Shown here one piece after another: positions 10,661-22,759 of a stretch of 45,539 nt of DNA; the first letter of the stretch is position 1; the number at the start of each line of letters is the position of its first letter. The position numbers and the translations under genes were made by a program. Below the pieces are notes generated by a model, which saw only the letters and a program-made list of their open reading frames with translations, did not search any database and had not been told where the DNA came from. The stretch spans positions 159,566,028-159,611,566 of the forward strand of contig NC_068981.1 in assembly GCF_001194135.2 (NCBI RefSeq), written 5' to 3'. The DNA is from Octopus bimaculoides. Taxonomy: Eukaryota.

Positions 10661-11590
10661 ATGACTGGTAAAAGGAAAATGTTTTCATCTACAGATGCGC
10701 CATCTAAGAAGTCAAGGAAGGCTATTGATTTAGACTGTAAAATGAAGATTATCCGGCAGTATGAAGGCGGAAAGAAGGTGAATACAATAGCACATGACTT
10801 GAAGTTATTGCATTCCACTGTGTCAACGATACTTAAAGACAAAGGAAGAATTTGTGAAGCTGTGAAAGGTTCTGCACCTCTGAAGTCTACAATTTTAGCC
10901 AAACAACGTCAGGGACCTATCCATGAAATGGATAAATTGTTATTCATGTGGATGGAAGATTTAATACAGAAAAAAAAAACACCCATGAACTTTCTCACAG
11001 TGCAAACAAAGGCTAGAAGTCTGTTTCAGACTTTAAAATCACGCTCCGGAGACAATTACGCACAATATTTTCAGGCTAGTAGTGGGTGCTTTCTGTGTTT
11101 TTTAAAAAAGATTGGCTTTGTATAATGTACGTTTCACAGGAGAAGCAGGAAGTGCAGATGAAGATGGAACCCAAAAAATGCGTTGATAGTTTTGACGAAT
11201 TAATGGAAGAAAAAGGTTATCTACGAGAAACAAATATTCAACGTAGATGAAACCGGCTTGCAATGGAAACGAATGCCTACTCGCATGTACATAGTCCACG
11301 AAGAGAAAAGGATGCCAGAATTCAAAACTTTTAAGGATAGGTTAACTTAGTTGCTTGGTGGTAATGCTGCAGGTTTTAAGCTGAAGCCTTTCCTAATCTA
11401 TCATTCGGAAAACTCTTGTGCATTTAAGAATATCAACACGCATACACTGCCCATTTACTACCATTCAAACCGTAAAGCTTGGTTGACACAAGCACTGTTC
11501 GAAGACTGGTTCATGAACTGCTTCATTCCCCAGGCACGGGGATATTGTGCGGAGAGAGGTATCCCTTTCAAGATTTTACTGATTATGGAC
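10661..11590 (+). pseudogene. Tigger/pogo transposase, frameshifted and 3'-truncated (CENP-B-type HTH + DDE_1)
   Basis: 'RKAIDLDCKMKIIRQYEGGKKV..HSTVSTILKDK' (HTH-psq-like), 'IHEMDKLLFMWMED..TVQTKARSLF..FQASSG' (Tc5 HTH), 'QIFNVDETGLQWKRMP' (first catalytic D at 11246), 'LLGGNAAGFKLKP..SNRKAWLTQALFEDWF..FKILLIMD' (second D at 11588). Several frameshifts and one stop. Confidence 0.93.
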
Positions 11591-11744
11591 AAAACATTAA
11601 TTTCAGATTGTTATTTTTGCTTACAGTAAGAGTACATATTATGTAGTTTTCACATTATGTACAAGAATTATGGATTAAATTTCTTTATAATTTTATAACC
11701 CGTTTGAATGAAAATAGTGTTGAAAAATATAAATCCAACATACG

Positions 11745-11792
11745 ACATACTTGTCAGTCGGAACGGAACTCGGTCGAAAGTCGAGAAGATGT
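11745..11792 (+). mobile_element. Probable degenerate 3' TIR of the Tigger element
   Basis: GGAACGGAACTCGGTCGAAAGTCGAGAAGATGTA; reverse complement TACATCTTCTCGACTTTCGACC resembles Tigger-type termini (TA-CAG..CTCGACTTACGAC). Confidence 0.45.
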
Positions 11793-11901
11793 ATGTGTGG
11801 GGGGAGGGTATGCATGTATGCATGTATGTATGTATGTATGTATGTATGTATGTATGTATGTATGTATGTATGTTGTACGTGTATATGTATATATCGTATC
11901 T

Positions 11902-12260
11902 GTCGGCGTCTCATGCATAAGACACACTCTTGCGTAAGATACACCAGACCTTTCTAAGATGGCCGAAAAATGTCGATATCGACGAATGTTCTGGGAGACC
12001 CTGCAACCAGCAGAACTGAGAAAACATCGCAGTTGTACGTGCAACTGTGAGGGGAAATCGTCGAATCACCATCCGTGAGTTATCAGAAGATGTGCAGATT
12101 AGTTACGGTTCAGTTCAGTCCATAATCACTGAAGATTCGAGTATGAGACGCATGTCTGCCAAGTTTGTACCAAAACTGCATTCAGCTGACCAAAAAGTCA
12201 CTCGGGTTTCAATTGCACAAGATCTCCTTGATTATGTTGAGAACGATGAAAACGTTTTGA
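11902..12260 (+). mobile_element. mariner transposase internal segment (about aa 33-150), inverted relative to its 5' end
   Basis: 'VGVSCI..F*DGRKNVDIDECSGRP..ENIAVVRATVRGNRRITIRELSEDVQISYGSVQSIITEDSSMRRMSAKFVPKL..QKVTRVSIAQDLL..ENDENVLKT', i.e. second HTH plus WVP-like linker (FVPKL). Confidence 0.88.
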
Positions 12261-12542
12261 AAACTTTGCGTAGGCCTCTGAGCACGTATTGACAAGCTTT
12301 TGGCAAAATTTGATGCAGATTCTCTGCTCAACTTACTCTGTTATGGTTAATGCGACAATCACACGCTAAACACCTTCCTTCTAAGCACTGCTGTAAACAG
12401 CGGAAGTTAACTAGAATGTTAAAACTTAGTGCACATGCACAGCAGAGTTCAAGGTCAATCTTTTTGGCAAGCGGCGTTACTCTGCGTGCTTTAGCTTCGT
12501 TTCTATGGCAACAGTCCGGATATTTATTGATCAGATCAGGTA
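12250..12542 (-). mobile_element. mariner 5' end: TA + TIR + 5'UTR + N-terminal codons
   Basis: Minus strand begins TA-CCTGATCTGATCAATAAATATCCGGACTGT (mariner-type TIR) and encodes 'ITE*VEQRICIKFCQKLVNTCSEAYAK', matching the mariner N-terminus 'EQRICIKFC'. Confidence 0.8.
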
Positions 12543-12727
12543 TATATACGGACTGCTGTATTCGGGTTACACATGATCTACAATTATGAGTGCTCGCGTG
12601 TTTTTGTGTGTATGTGTGTCTTTATGCATGTGCGTGTGTGTATGTGTGTTTGTGTGTGTGTGTGTGTGCGTGTGCATGCGTGCGTGTTTTTGTGTGTATG
12701 TGTGTGTTTATGCATGTGCGTGTTTTC

Positions 12728-12801
<74 letters not shown>

Positions 12802-13127
12802 TGTTTCCTCTGTACATATCCATTGAATGCCTATTAGATTCCCTATGTGAACATGACATCTCTGAACACAGACCTGAACTTACATCCATCTATTATTATT
12901 TACTATTTACTATTATTATATTTATTATCGTGGTTAGCTTTCTCATCATCACCACCACCTTCATCATCATCATCATCATCATCATCATCGTCGTCATCAT
13001 CGTCATCATCATCATCATCATCATTATCATCATCATCGCCGTCGTCGTCACCATCACCATCATCATTAACAACATTACCATTATTATTGTTGTCGTTGTT
13101 GCTGCTGCTGCTTGCTGTTGTTGTTAC

Positions 13128-13193
<66 letters not shown>

Positions 13194-14355
13194 GCATAAA
13201 TTCATTTATAATCTATATATGTTTGCATTCAAACAACCGCTCATATGCTAGCCCATCTGAACTTACACACAAGTGGACGAAAAAAAAAGAAAAGCATACG
13301 TATTGAAAGGCGCATATACACGCACATACACACAAAGAAACAAACACATACACCTTTGTGTACACACACACACGTATGCACACGCACACACAAAAGCTTA
13401 TACATTTAATTCCACGGAGTGGGGGAATGGAGGTTTGAAGAGCAAAGGAAACGAACGAGACACGTTGGCGTTAGTCGATGACTGGCTGTATCGGTGACTT
13501 GTAATATATTCGATAGGTCGGTGGGGAACAGAAACGAAGATGCATGGCGTCATTCTTACAGAGTTGACGTTTTTACCTTCATAGTGGCACCAACAGAAAA
13601 TAGTAGAGTTGCAGCAAGACAATATCTATTTATCTATCTATCTATTTGATAATGGTGGTGGGGGGGAAAAAAGGGAGAGATACGCACATAAAATCGCGCG
13701 CATTCACTCATACACAGACACAGATATTTAAAGAAACACACATCTACATACGCACGCAATAATGCAAATAATATACGTGCGCAATATAATTTATATATAT
13801 ATATATGCGTTTGTGTGTGAGTTTTCACACAAGTACACAGACATACACGTAAACATTATATACATATATATATATATATNNNNNNNNNNNNNNNNNNNNN
13901 NNNNNNNNNNNNNNNNNNNNNNNNNNNNNNNNNNNNNNNNNNNNNNNNNNNNNNNNNNNNNNNNNNNNNNNNNNNNNNNNNNNNNNNNNNNNNNNNNNNN
14001 NNNNNNNNNNNNNNNNNNNNNNNNNNNNNNNNNNNNNNNNNNNNNNNNNNNNNNNNNNNNNNNNNNNNNNNNNNNNNNNNNNNNNNNNNNNNNNNNNNNN
14101 NNNNNNNNNNNNNNNNNNNNNNNNNNNNNNNNNNNNNNNNNNNNNNNNNNNNNNNNNNNNNNNNNNNNNNNNNNNNNNNNNNNNNNNNNNNNNNNNNNNN
14201 NNNNNNNNNNNNNNNNNNNNNNNNNNNNNNNNNNNNNNNNNNNNNNNNNNNNNNNNNNNNNNNNNNNNNNNNNNNNNNNNNNNNNNNNNNNNNNNNNNNN
14301 NNNNNNNNNNNNNNNNNNNNNNNNNNNNNNNNNNNNNNNNNNNNNNNNNNNNNNN

Positions 14356-14424
<69 letters not shown>

Positions 14425-14901
14425 TATTTATATACTTTTATATATATACATATAGATATTATATATACATATATTTTTACATATAGTGGAGAGGACAGTC
14501 CAAGGAAAAAGAGAAAGAGAGAGAAAGGCAGAAAGAGAAAGATATAATGAAATTGAAGATATTTTATTGAAACAACTTTGTTGCTTGCTCCTACATACAC
14601 ACACATACAAACACATGCATACTCACATACATACACACACATGCATACTCACGCACATACCACACATGTGCGCACACACACTCAGTTAACGATTTAGTGT
14701 GCCTGGCTATATCTCATTTTATCTCATAGTTGTTATATAGACTTATATACACATATAGAAATATGCATGTATGTATGAGTGAGGGAGAGAGAAGAGAGAG
14801 AGAGAAAAGAAAGAGGAGAAAGAAGAGAGAGAAATAGCTATTTATCAATCTATCTATTTATCTATCTATCATCTAGGTAGGTAGATAGATAGATGGATAG
14901 G

Positions 14902-14973
<72 letters not shown>

Positions 14974-15714
14974 CAGAAATCCAGTGATATTTCGAGTAGT
15001 CTGCGTCAGCGTGGTATCACAAGCAAACAAGGCAAAAGAAACAACGTGACAGAAAAATGTACAAGAATACAGTATATACATATATAATTATACTATGATG
15101 AAAGAACGAGTCTGTACCGTTGTTTGTTGTACTGTTTGGTTTGTCAGGTTTATTAATTGCCATGGCCTACGCTTCTGCAATTCGAACGCCTGAGCAAGGA
15201 TTTGTGCGTGCGCGTTGGTGTCTGTGTCTGTGTGCGTGTGAGATAAATAGCTGTGCATGCATGCGTTTCTTCTCCACAACGACGTTGTCCATAGTAAAGA
15301 AAAGCTGATTTATCCTTTCGTCAACGTTGTTGTTAGAAAGTAAATATTCGGTAAGGACACAAATAAGGCATTTAGTCACTTGCCTTAATGATTCCGAGAA
15401 TCCATCATTCTGGACTGCTATTTTATTTATCAACGTCGAAAGAATAAAAGTTTAAGTTGACCTCGGCGGAATTTGAAGTAAGCGTGGGAGAGAAAACGCG
15501 ATGTTAGGGGTAAATTTTAAAATCATGTCTCGTCGTGTATGTGCACAAGCGTGTATAGACTTGTAGTTAGGTGTGGAAAATCTTATTATTAATTTTCCAC
15601 ATTACAGCTGAGGGGAAACATCGATGAGGAGTGCCAACGCTTATATTTATGGTGCAGTCAGCCAGTTTGCTAAGGTACATCAGCGCTCATGAGGGAGGAA
15701 GAGAAACAAAACCT

Positions 15715-16300
15715 CACTTGTGAGGCACTGGGGTGAAGAGAGTTTTCCAATAGGATTCTTCTCTCAGCCAGTTTTTACTATGATTCTTTTCTTTTCTATG
15801 GTAAAAGTAATGTTTGGACTTTTTTATTATCTTCTATTTGATGACGCAATGCGCCGCCATTTTCTTCGATATCCCATACATATCTCGCTCGAATTGTAAT
15901 ATTACGCCTCTCTTGCATATTAAACGAGGACTTGTGGTTGGTGCATCTGGTTCTGAAGAGATCTGTTGCATCCACATATTTCAGTACGTTCGTCGCACCA
16001 TTGGGATCACTCGACACCACCTCCGCTTCATATTCAATGGTTTCTGAATTCCATTGTCCATTTAGCGGGCATGTGGCATTGCCGATGCATGAATAGCCTG
16101 CCTCTGTTCTAGGTTTGGACGTACTCACTAATATTGTCTTTATATTGGTTGCACAGCTAAATGAGAACCTCAGCGACTTCACGTATTTGTGTGTATCGGA
16201 GAAATGCTTATCGACGCAACTAAGGAAGACCCTACCTACGCAAGAGAAAATGGAGTAACGTTTTCTCTTGGTGGGGTATATAACTAATCTTATCCGTGAA
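15715..16300 (-). mobile_element. Penelope-like retroelement 3' remnant (linker + GIY-YIG endonuclease)
   Basis: 'VGRVFLSCVDKHF..FSFSCATNIKTIL..CIGNATCPLNGQWNSETIEYEAEV..KYVDATDLFRTRCTNHKSSF..YVWDIEENG', then in another frame 'NWLREESYWKTLFTPVP'. Matches the PLE layout CNC..CPLxG.C..IIY.A.V..YIG..FKxRY.NH with decayed catalytic motifs. Confidence 0.85.
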
Positions 16301-16374
16301 AGCATTGGCGACAAATAGTGTGTATGTGTGTGTTTGACTGTAAAAATATATATACATATATACACATACATACA

Positions 16375-16408
<34 letters not shown>

Positions 16409-17026
16409 CATACATACGTACGTATGTACATACATGCATACATACACACATACTCTAACACAAACACACTCAAATTTTATTTTTTGTAAACCAACGCAAA
16501 CTATAACAACGTCAGAAAAGTTCGGACGGCACAGATAGAATTGGATCTTGTTTAGAAGTACTTGAAAGGTGTAATCCTCGTTTTACCAGCTGAGTTGAAA
16601 ATTCTTCACTGAGGAAGTATAAGAAAATCGAAACGTGCGGTGCTTTGCACCACATGGCTTTAAAAATCGGATCGCTTTAGTTATGTTCGACTAGCTAATA
16701 TTATTGAAGCAATTTCTCTTGCTTGTTTGTAATTTTTTTTTTCTTTTGCATTTTAAACATTTCCAGTGAGTGAATGTTTGTCAGATAATCGAAGATTTTT
16801 AACTCAGCATATTACATGTATGAAATTCTTCTATATATGTATTTTCAGAAATACTTTTTATCGGCTCTATAATTGATATTCATAATCAACATCTTCCAAA
16901 TCATATATTCCATATCATACATACGTGTGTGTTTGTGTGTGCATGTGTGTGTGTATGTGTTCCTTTTTATATGAGTTATGTATAATAGCAATTTAACGTT
17001 AAACTGAGATTACTCACTACCTTTTG

Positions 17027-17395
17027 TGGAGGCGCAATGGCCCAGTAGTTAGGGCAGCGGACTCGCGGTTTCGATTCCCAGACCGGGCGTTGTGAGTGTT
17101 TATTGAGCGAAAATACCTAAAGCTCCACGAGGCTCCGGCAGGGGATAGTGGCGAACCCTGCTGTACTCTTTCACCACAACTTTCTCTCACTCTTACATCC
17201 TGTTTCTGCTGTGCCTGTAATTCAAAGGGCCAGCTTTGTCACACTGTGTCGCGCTGAATATCCCCGAGAACTACGTTAAGGGTACACGTGTCTGTGGAGT
17301 GCTCAGCCACTTGCATGTTAATTTCACGAGCAGGCTGTTCCGTTGATCGGATCAACTGGAACCCTTGACGTCGTAAGCGACAGAGTGCCAACAAC
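17027..17395 (+). mobile_element. SINE family C, full length, alternative middle body
   Basis: GGAGGCGCAATGGCCCAGTAGTTAGGGCAGCGGACTCGCGGTTTCGATTCC head; tail CAGGCTGTTCCGTTGATCGGATCAACTGGAAC..GAGTGCCAAC shared with the 36308 and 33806 copies. Confidence 0.85.
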
Positions 17396-17540
17396 CCATT
17401 ACCTTTTAGTAGCATTCATATTTATTAACTTTTACAAGGAAAAGGTTGAACAGTGACTTCCAAGTCAGTCTCGAAGTGCTTGCCATAATCAGACAATATA
17501 CATGTGTGTATACAAATATATAAATAAATATAATATACAT

Positions 17541-17904
17541 AAGCGCAGGAGTGGCTATAGGCGCAGGAGTGGCTATAGGCGCAGGAGTAGCTGTGTGGTA
17601 AGTAGCTTGCTTACCAACCACATGGTTCCGGGTTCAGTCCCACTGCGTGGCACCTTGGGCAAGTGTCTTCTACTATAGCCTCGGGCCGACCAAAGCCTTG
17701 TGAGTGGATTTGGTAGACGGAAACTGAAAGAAGCCCGTCGTATATATGTATATATATATGTATGTGTGTTTGTGTGTCTGTGTTTTCCCCCCACCATCGC
17801 TTGACAACCGATGCTGGTGTGTTTACGTCCCCGTAACTTAGCAGTTCGGCAAAAAGAGGCCGATAGAATAAGTACTAGGCTTCCAAAGAATAAGTCCTGG
17901 GGTT
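17541..17904 (+). mobile_element. SINE family B with triplicated 18-bp 5' end, running into a gap
   Basis: (AGGCGCAGGAGTGGCTAT)x3-like start, GGTTCAGTCC B-box, GCACCTTGGGCAAGTGTCTT core, internal TA/TG spacer, tail module. Confidence 0.88.
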
Positions 17905-18490
17905 NNNNNNNNNNNNNNNNNNNNNNNNNNNNNNNNNNNNNNNNNNNNNNNNNNNNNNNNNNNNNNNNNNNNNNNNNNNNNNNNNNNNNNNNNNNNNNNN
18001 NNNNNNNNNNNNNNNNNNNNNNNNNNNNNNNNNNNNNNNNNNNNNNNNNNNNNNNNNNNNNNNNNNNNNNNNNNNNNNNNNNNNNNNNNNNNNNNNNNNN
18101 NNNNNNNNNNNNNNNNNNNNNNNNNNNNNNNNNNNNNNNNNNNNNNNNNNNNNNNNNNNNNNNNNNNNNNNNNNNNNNNNNNNNNNNNNNNNNNNNNNNN
18201 NNNNNNNNNNNNNNNNNNNNNNNNNNNNNNNNNNNNNNNNNNNNNNNNNNNNNNNNNNNNNNNNNNNNNNNNNNNNNNNNNNNNNNNNNNNNNNNNNNNN
18301 NNNNNNNNNNNNNNNNNNNNNNNNNNNNNNNNNNNNNNNNNNNNNNNNNNNNNNNNNNNNNNNNNNNNNNNNNNNNNNNNNNNNNNNNNNNNNNNNNNNN
18401 NNNNNNNNNNNNNNNNNNNNNNNNNNNNNNNNNNNNNNNNNNNNNNNNNNNNNNNNNNNNNNNNNNNNNNNNNNNNNNNNNNNNNNNNNN

Positions 18491-18535
<45 letters not shown>

Positions 18536-19050
18536 TACACGCGCACACACACATCCATATATCAACAACAATAGTGCTGTGTGTGTGTGTGTATATACAA
18601 ACGCATCCTCACAAGCTTCATGAGGTAAGCATATCCCTACTGGCAGGATATGCACACGTGTATATACGTAACGACACGTAAATAAATAACGTAAATGCAA
18701 TGAAATTTGTTGACGCACATCAAACACATACTAATGTATCCTGTTTATAAAATGAGTCCAATAAGAGCAAAAAATTGTATAACTGTTGTGTTCTGTTAAA
18801 AAGAGAATTCTCATGTTCCTGATAGAACCATTCTTCGAAGAATAAAACTAATTTAGAAAATATTTTCTCATTTTGCATATAAAGATAGCTCCTGTATTGA
18901 TTTCCTGCATAGACAGAGATGTGCAGGATTAACTCGAGCCTGTACAACATGTCTTATTGATCTGCTAAGGACAAAAGGAAAGTCGACTACGGCTGGATTT
19001 GAACTCAGAGCATAAAGGGACATTTCATATATATATATAAACACGCGCGT

Positions 19051-19093
<43 letters not shown>

Positions 19094-19669
19094 TATGGCA
19101 TATTTTGTTAAGAACATAGTAAAGTACAGTATAAAGCTCATCCACCTTCAAATTTCAGCCAGTGTTATCCAGTAGCAGTATTATACATACTTCCAGGTTT
19201 GGGTTTCTGTCGTGTGTGAATAGATAATTTTCAATTATATATATATATATNNNNNNNNNNNNNNNNNNNNNNNNNNNNNNNNNNNNNNNNNNNNNNNNNN
19301 NNNNNNNNNNNNNNNNNNNNNNNNNNNNNNNNNNNNNNNNNNNNNNNNNNNNNNNNNNNNNNNNNNNNNNNNNNNNNNNNNNNNNNNNNNNNNNNNNNNN
19401 NNNNNNNNNNNNNNNNNNNNNNNNNNNNNNNNNNNNNNNNNNNNNNNNNNNNNNNNNNNNNNNNNNNNNNNNNNNNNNNNNNNNNNNNNNNNNNNNNNNN
19501 NNNNNNNNNNNNNNNNNNNNNNNNNNNNNNNNNNNNNNNNNNNNNNNNNNNNNNNNNNNNNNNNNNNNNNNNNNNNNNNNNNNNNNNNNNNNNNNNNNNN
19601 NNNNNNNNNNNNNNNNNNNNNNNNNNNNNNNNNNNNNNNNNNNNNNNNNNNNNNNNNNNNNNNNNNNNA

Positions 19670-19890
19670 ACACTCCCGTCGTATATGTGTGTGTCTGTGT
19701 TTGTCCCCCTCCACCGTTTGACAGCCGATGTTGGTGTGCTTACGTCCCCGCATCTTACGGTTCGGCAAAAGAGACTGACAGAATAAGTACTAGGCTTACA
19801 AAGAATAAGTCTTGGGGTCGATTTGTTCAACTAAATCGATGCTCTAGAATGGTCGCAATCAAATGACTGAAACAAGTAAAAAGATAAAAG
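19670..19890 (+). mobile_element. SINE family B 3' module
   Basis: GTTTGTCCCCCTCCACC..GAATAAGTACTAGGCTTACAAAGAATAAGTC..AAATGACTGAAACAAGTAAAA. Confidence 0.85.
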
Positions 19891-19897
19891 AATAAAA

Positions 19898-19934
<37 letters not shown>

Positions 19935-21900
19935 AGAGAGATTCTGTCCGTTTGTGTGTCCTCCAAAATGAAAGTAAATGGTTCAAGGGAAACTATTATG
20001 CTTTTTCTATATCTTCTTTTATGCTATTGCCTAATTTGTTTCAACAAAAATTATGCAATGCTACAACACTAATTGTGCACAAACCTACGAGGAACTGCAT
20101 TGAGGCAAATATTCACACGGTGATGTGTAAAATACTTGCTTCTGATTGGCTAAAATACCCAAATTTTGCAAATTTTAAAGGCTAATAACTTTTTAATGAT
20201 GGACTGGTAGGGAAAATTATTTTCATTTTCATAATTAGTATACAAAACTTAATCCATATACCAAATTTGAAAACAATTCGAACAAAATTGTAAACAGTGG
20301 CGAAAACCACTAAGATTCCACAGTAGTTTGTGGATGAAAATGACAGAAGTTATTTGTCGTCAGTTTATATTTCCAGTGAATTGATATCTTCACTGATATG
20401 CGATAGTGACCACAGTAACCGAGCATAAACGTCAGTATGCTAACAGATCCTGCGTGTATTAAACAAGCATTTTAGCTCTACTGGCTGTCCAATATTTTGT
20501 TCTTGTAGCTACATGAAATTTTGATGCGAAGTGGATCGAACTATGAACAGATATAGTTGATGCAATAAGGTCAATTCAAAAATTATTACTTCTACTCAGT
20601 ATATGATAAAAACAATGGATTGCAGAAACACGGAACTGGAAGAAGAAACAAAGTGTAGAACTAATGAAGATATTATTTGCAGTACTTATCCTCTGTTTCA
20701 CAAACTGGTGCGGAACAGAACCAATACAGCGATTAATTATCGAGGTCAGCCACGGAAAAACAAGTATGACCTCTGTCGAAATAAAAAATCACGAACACAG
20801 AATGAATGGGATCTGTAGGGGCTCACATAAAGATTAAAGTTTGCTCTGGCTTGGTACTGTCTTAGTTCAGCATCAAACTGTAACGGTAAAATGACAAGAG
20901 TTATAACTAGTAACATATAATATCGAAAATATAAAAAAGACAAGCTGGTTGAAAAAATAGCAGAGATGAAAAGTCAGTAATTCTTGATGTTGTGATTTAG
21001 CCATTGGTCAACCAAAATCATATTGTGCATACCATCTCGTCACTTTAGTGATATCTACATGACATTATTTAACGAATAGTTCTATTTTTAGAATGTTATT
21101 TCTATCGGATATCGGATATCGGATAGAGGGACTATATAGAGGCTCCCTCCCGGTAGAATTATAGAGAGAGGAGTAAGCCAAACCGAAAAGTAAATTATAG
21201 ACGGATACAAGAAGAGAAAACACATCCTTAACAATTTACATTATGTATTCCAGCCACGCTTCGATCTTATCATAGCCTTTACAGTGACTTTAACGTTGTA
21301 GCGATAGGGAAATCACTAAGGAAATAAATATTAATGAGTAAATATACAATATTGTCCACAAATGCTGAAGTAAAATAAAGTTGGTCAGATAATAAAAAGA
21401 TATTAAGTGAAAAACATTAGAAAACTGAATGTAGGACACATAAAAAAAGTTAATCAGAAATATTTTTGCTGTGAGGAAGAGGAAAAAAAAACAGCATTAA
21501 CCATTGATTAATATAATGAGATCAAAATAAGTCTTAAGCATGTCCAAGGTTGAATCCTATGTTTGCCGAAATAATTAAAATAAGATTGTTGCTTTTTTCT
21601 TCGCCGCATAATATCTTGTTCGCTTGTTAATATTCCCTGCATTAAACATGTCAACACTAAAACAAGCTATTGCGTTATGTATTTTGTTCTTGTTGCTGTT
21701 TGGCCTCAGTTCTCCCACTCCAAGCCTTGACCATTCCGTCTTTTTTGTATATTAATGACTGCTTTGTCTTCTATATCATTATTGTTAACCCATAACATAA
21801 AAAAGGTGCCAAAATTTGAAAGCAATATCGGCTTCAGCACTTGACTGTTATTTACTTTATTTTATCACTACCGGAAAGGTAAATCCACTACAAGGTCCAG

Positions 21901-22258
21901 TCCTTGTTGCTGTGTGGTGGCTTGTGTGCATCAATGATCTCGAGAGCTATACCAGAGGAGTGCAAGGTCCAGGTAGGGCTTCCCACGCTGGACAGGTCAA
22001 AGGATGGAGCCCAGACAAGTATGAACCACCTCTCCTCCTAGGAAAAAGCAAAGCAACCGTAGAGTCGATGCGTATTCAAGAAAACCTGAGAGAGAAAGAC
22101 ATTCCTTCGGAGAACAAAATGCGGCTGAATATTGAAGCAGAGCTAAACAGGTAGGGGTCCGATTGGAGAGATATAGAATACAGCCTAGAGATGAAAACGA
22201 CGGAGAAAAGTTGTCGTTGGCATATGATCCATAGGGAATAAAGGGCTTAAGAATGTAA
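21901..22258 (+). mobile_element. Non-autonomous bipartite RTE derivative (5'UTR joined to 3' end)
   Basis: 5' part CCTTGTTGCTGTGTGGTGGCTTGTGTGCATCAATGATCTCGAGAGCTATACC..GGTAGGGCTTCCCACGCTGGACAGGTCAAAGG..GAGCCCAGAC resembles the RTE 5'UTR as I recall it. 3' part encodes 'RLNIEAELNR*GSDWRDIE' and ends CATATGATCCATAGGGAATAAAGGGCTTAAG, like RTE termini. Confidence 0.65.
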
Positions 22259-22261
22259 GAA

Positions 22262-22380
22262 AAAGTAAATGGCAAAGTCGACCTCGGTAGGATTTGAAAT
22301 CAGATAACAACAGTGTGCAACTGAATACCACACGTGATTTATGTCCGAGTTTCTAATGATTCAACCAAATCATTTCCTTT
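22262..22380 (-). mobile_element. Degenerate family A SINE fragment
   Basis: GGCAAAGTCGACCTCGGTAGGATTTGAAATCAG..CTAATGATTCAACC. Similar fragments at about 3950-4025, 8295-8400, 15430-15485 and 18965-19020. Confidence 0.6.
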
Positions 22381-22714
22381 CATGTCAGAAAGGCGGCAGT
22401 TAGGGAACATTTCAAAGACAAATCACTGAATGTGAGGGGTGTTTTACCAGGGGTATGATAGGAAAACGGAAATAATAACAGTAATAACATTAATAATAAA
22501 TATGAAACATTTGGAAACTCGAATGCCAGTGCGAGTAGGCATTGCACGTGGCTAGTTTTGACATTGTAAGTAGAGAACCAGAGAGGAGGAAGAAAAAAAA
22601 TAAATAAACTGAAGCCAAGTGGAAGATTTGTAGATCGTTGGAGACAGTTGGTCGCTGTGTTTCAACTGACAAAATAAGTCTCTTTAGTGAGCACAAGAAC
22701 AATATACATTATAT

Positions 22715-22759
<45 letters not shown>

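Noticed and set aside
10661-11125. Domesticated TIGD/CENP-B-like host gene
   Set aside because: Frameshifts and a stop in the DDE region, truncation and a residual TIR indicate a transposon fossil.
10277-13306. Homopolymeric and dipeptide ORFs (poly-N/C/V/I/D/M/H, HT, YI, CV, ER repeats) here and throughout the window
   Set aside because: They are translations of microsatellites that lack stop codons; no coding context or splice support.
16605-16645. CTGAGGA..CGAAAC hammerhead-like motif near the Penelope remnant
   Set aside because: Stem II does not pair, there is no stem I partner, and it is on the opposite strand to the element.
20603-20818. 71-aa ORF MIKTMDCRNTELEEE...
   Set aside because: No recognisable domain or splice signals; length expected by chance.
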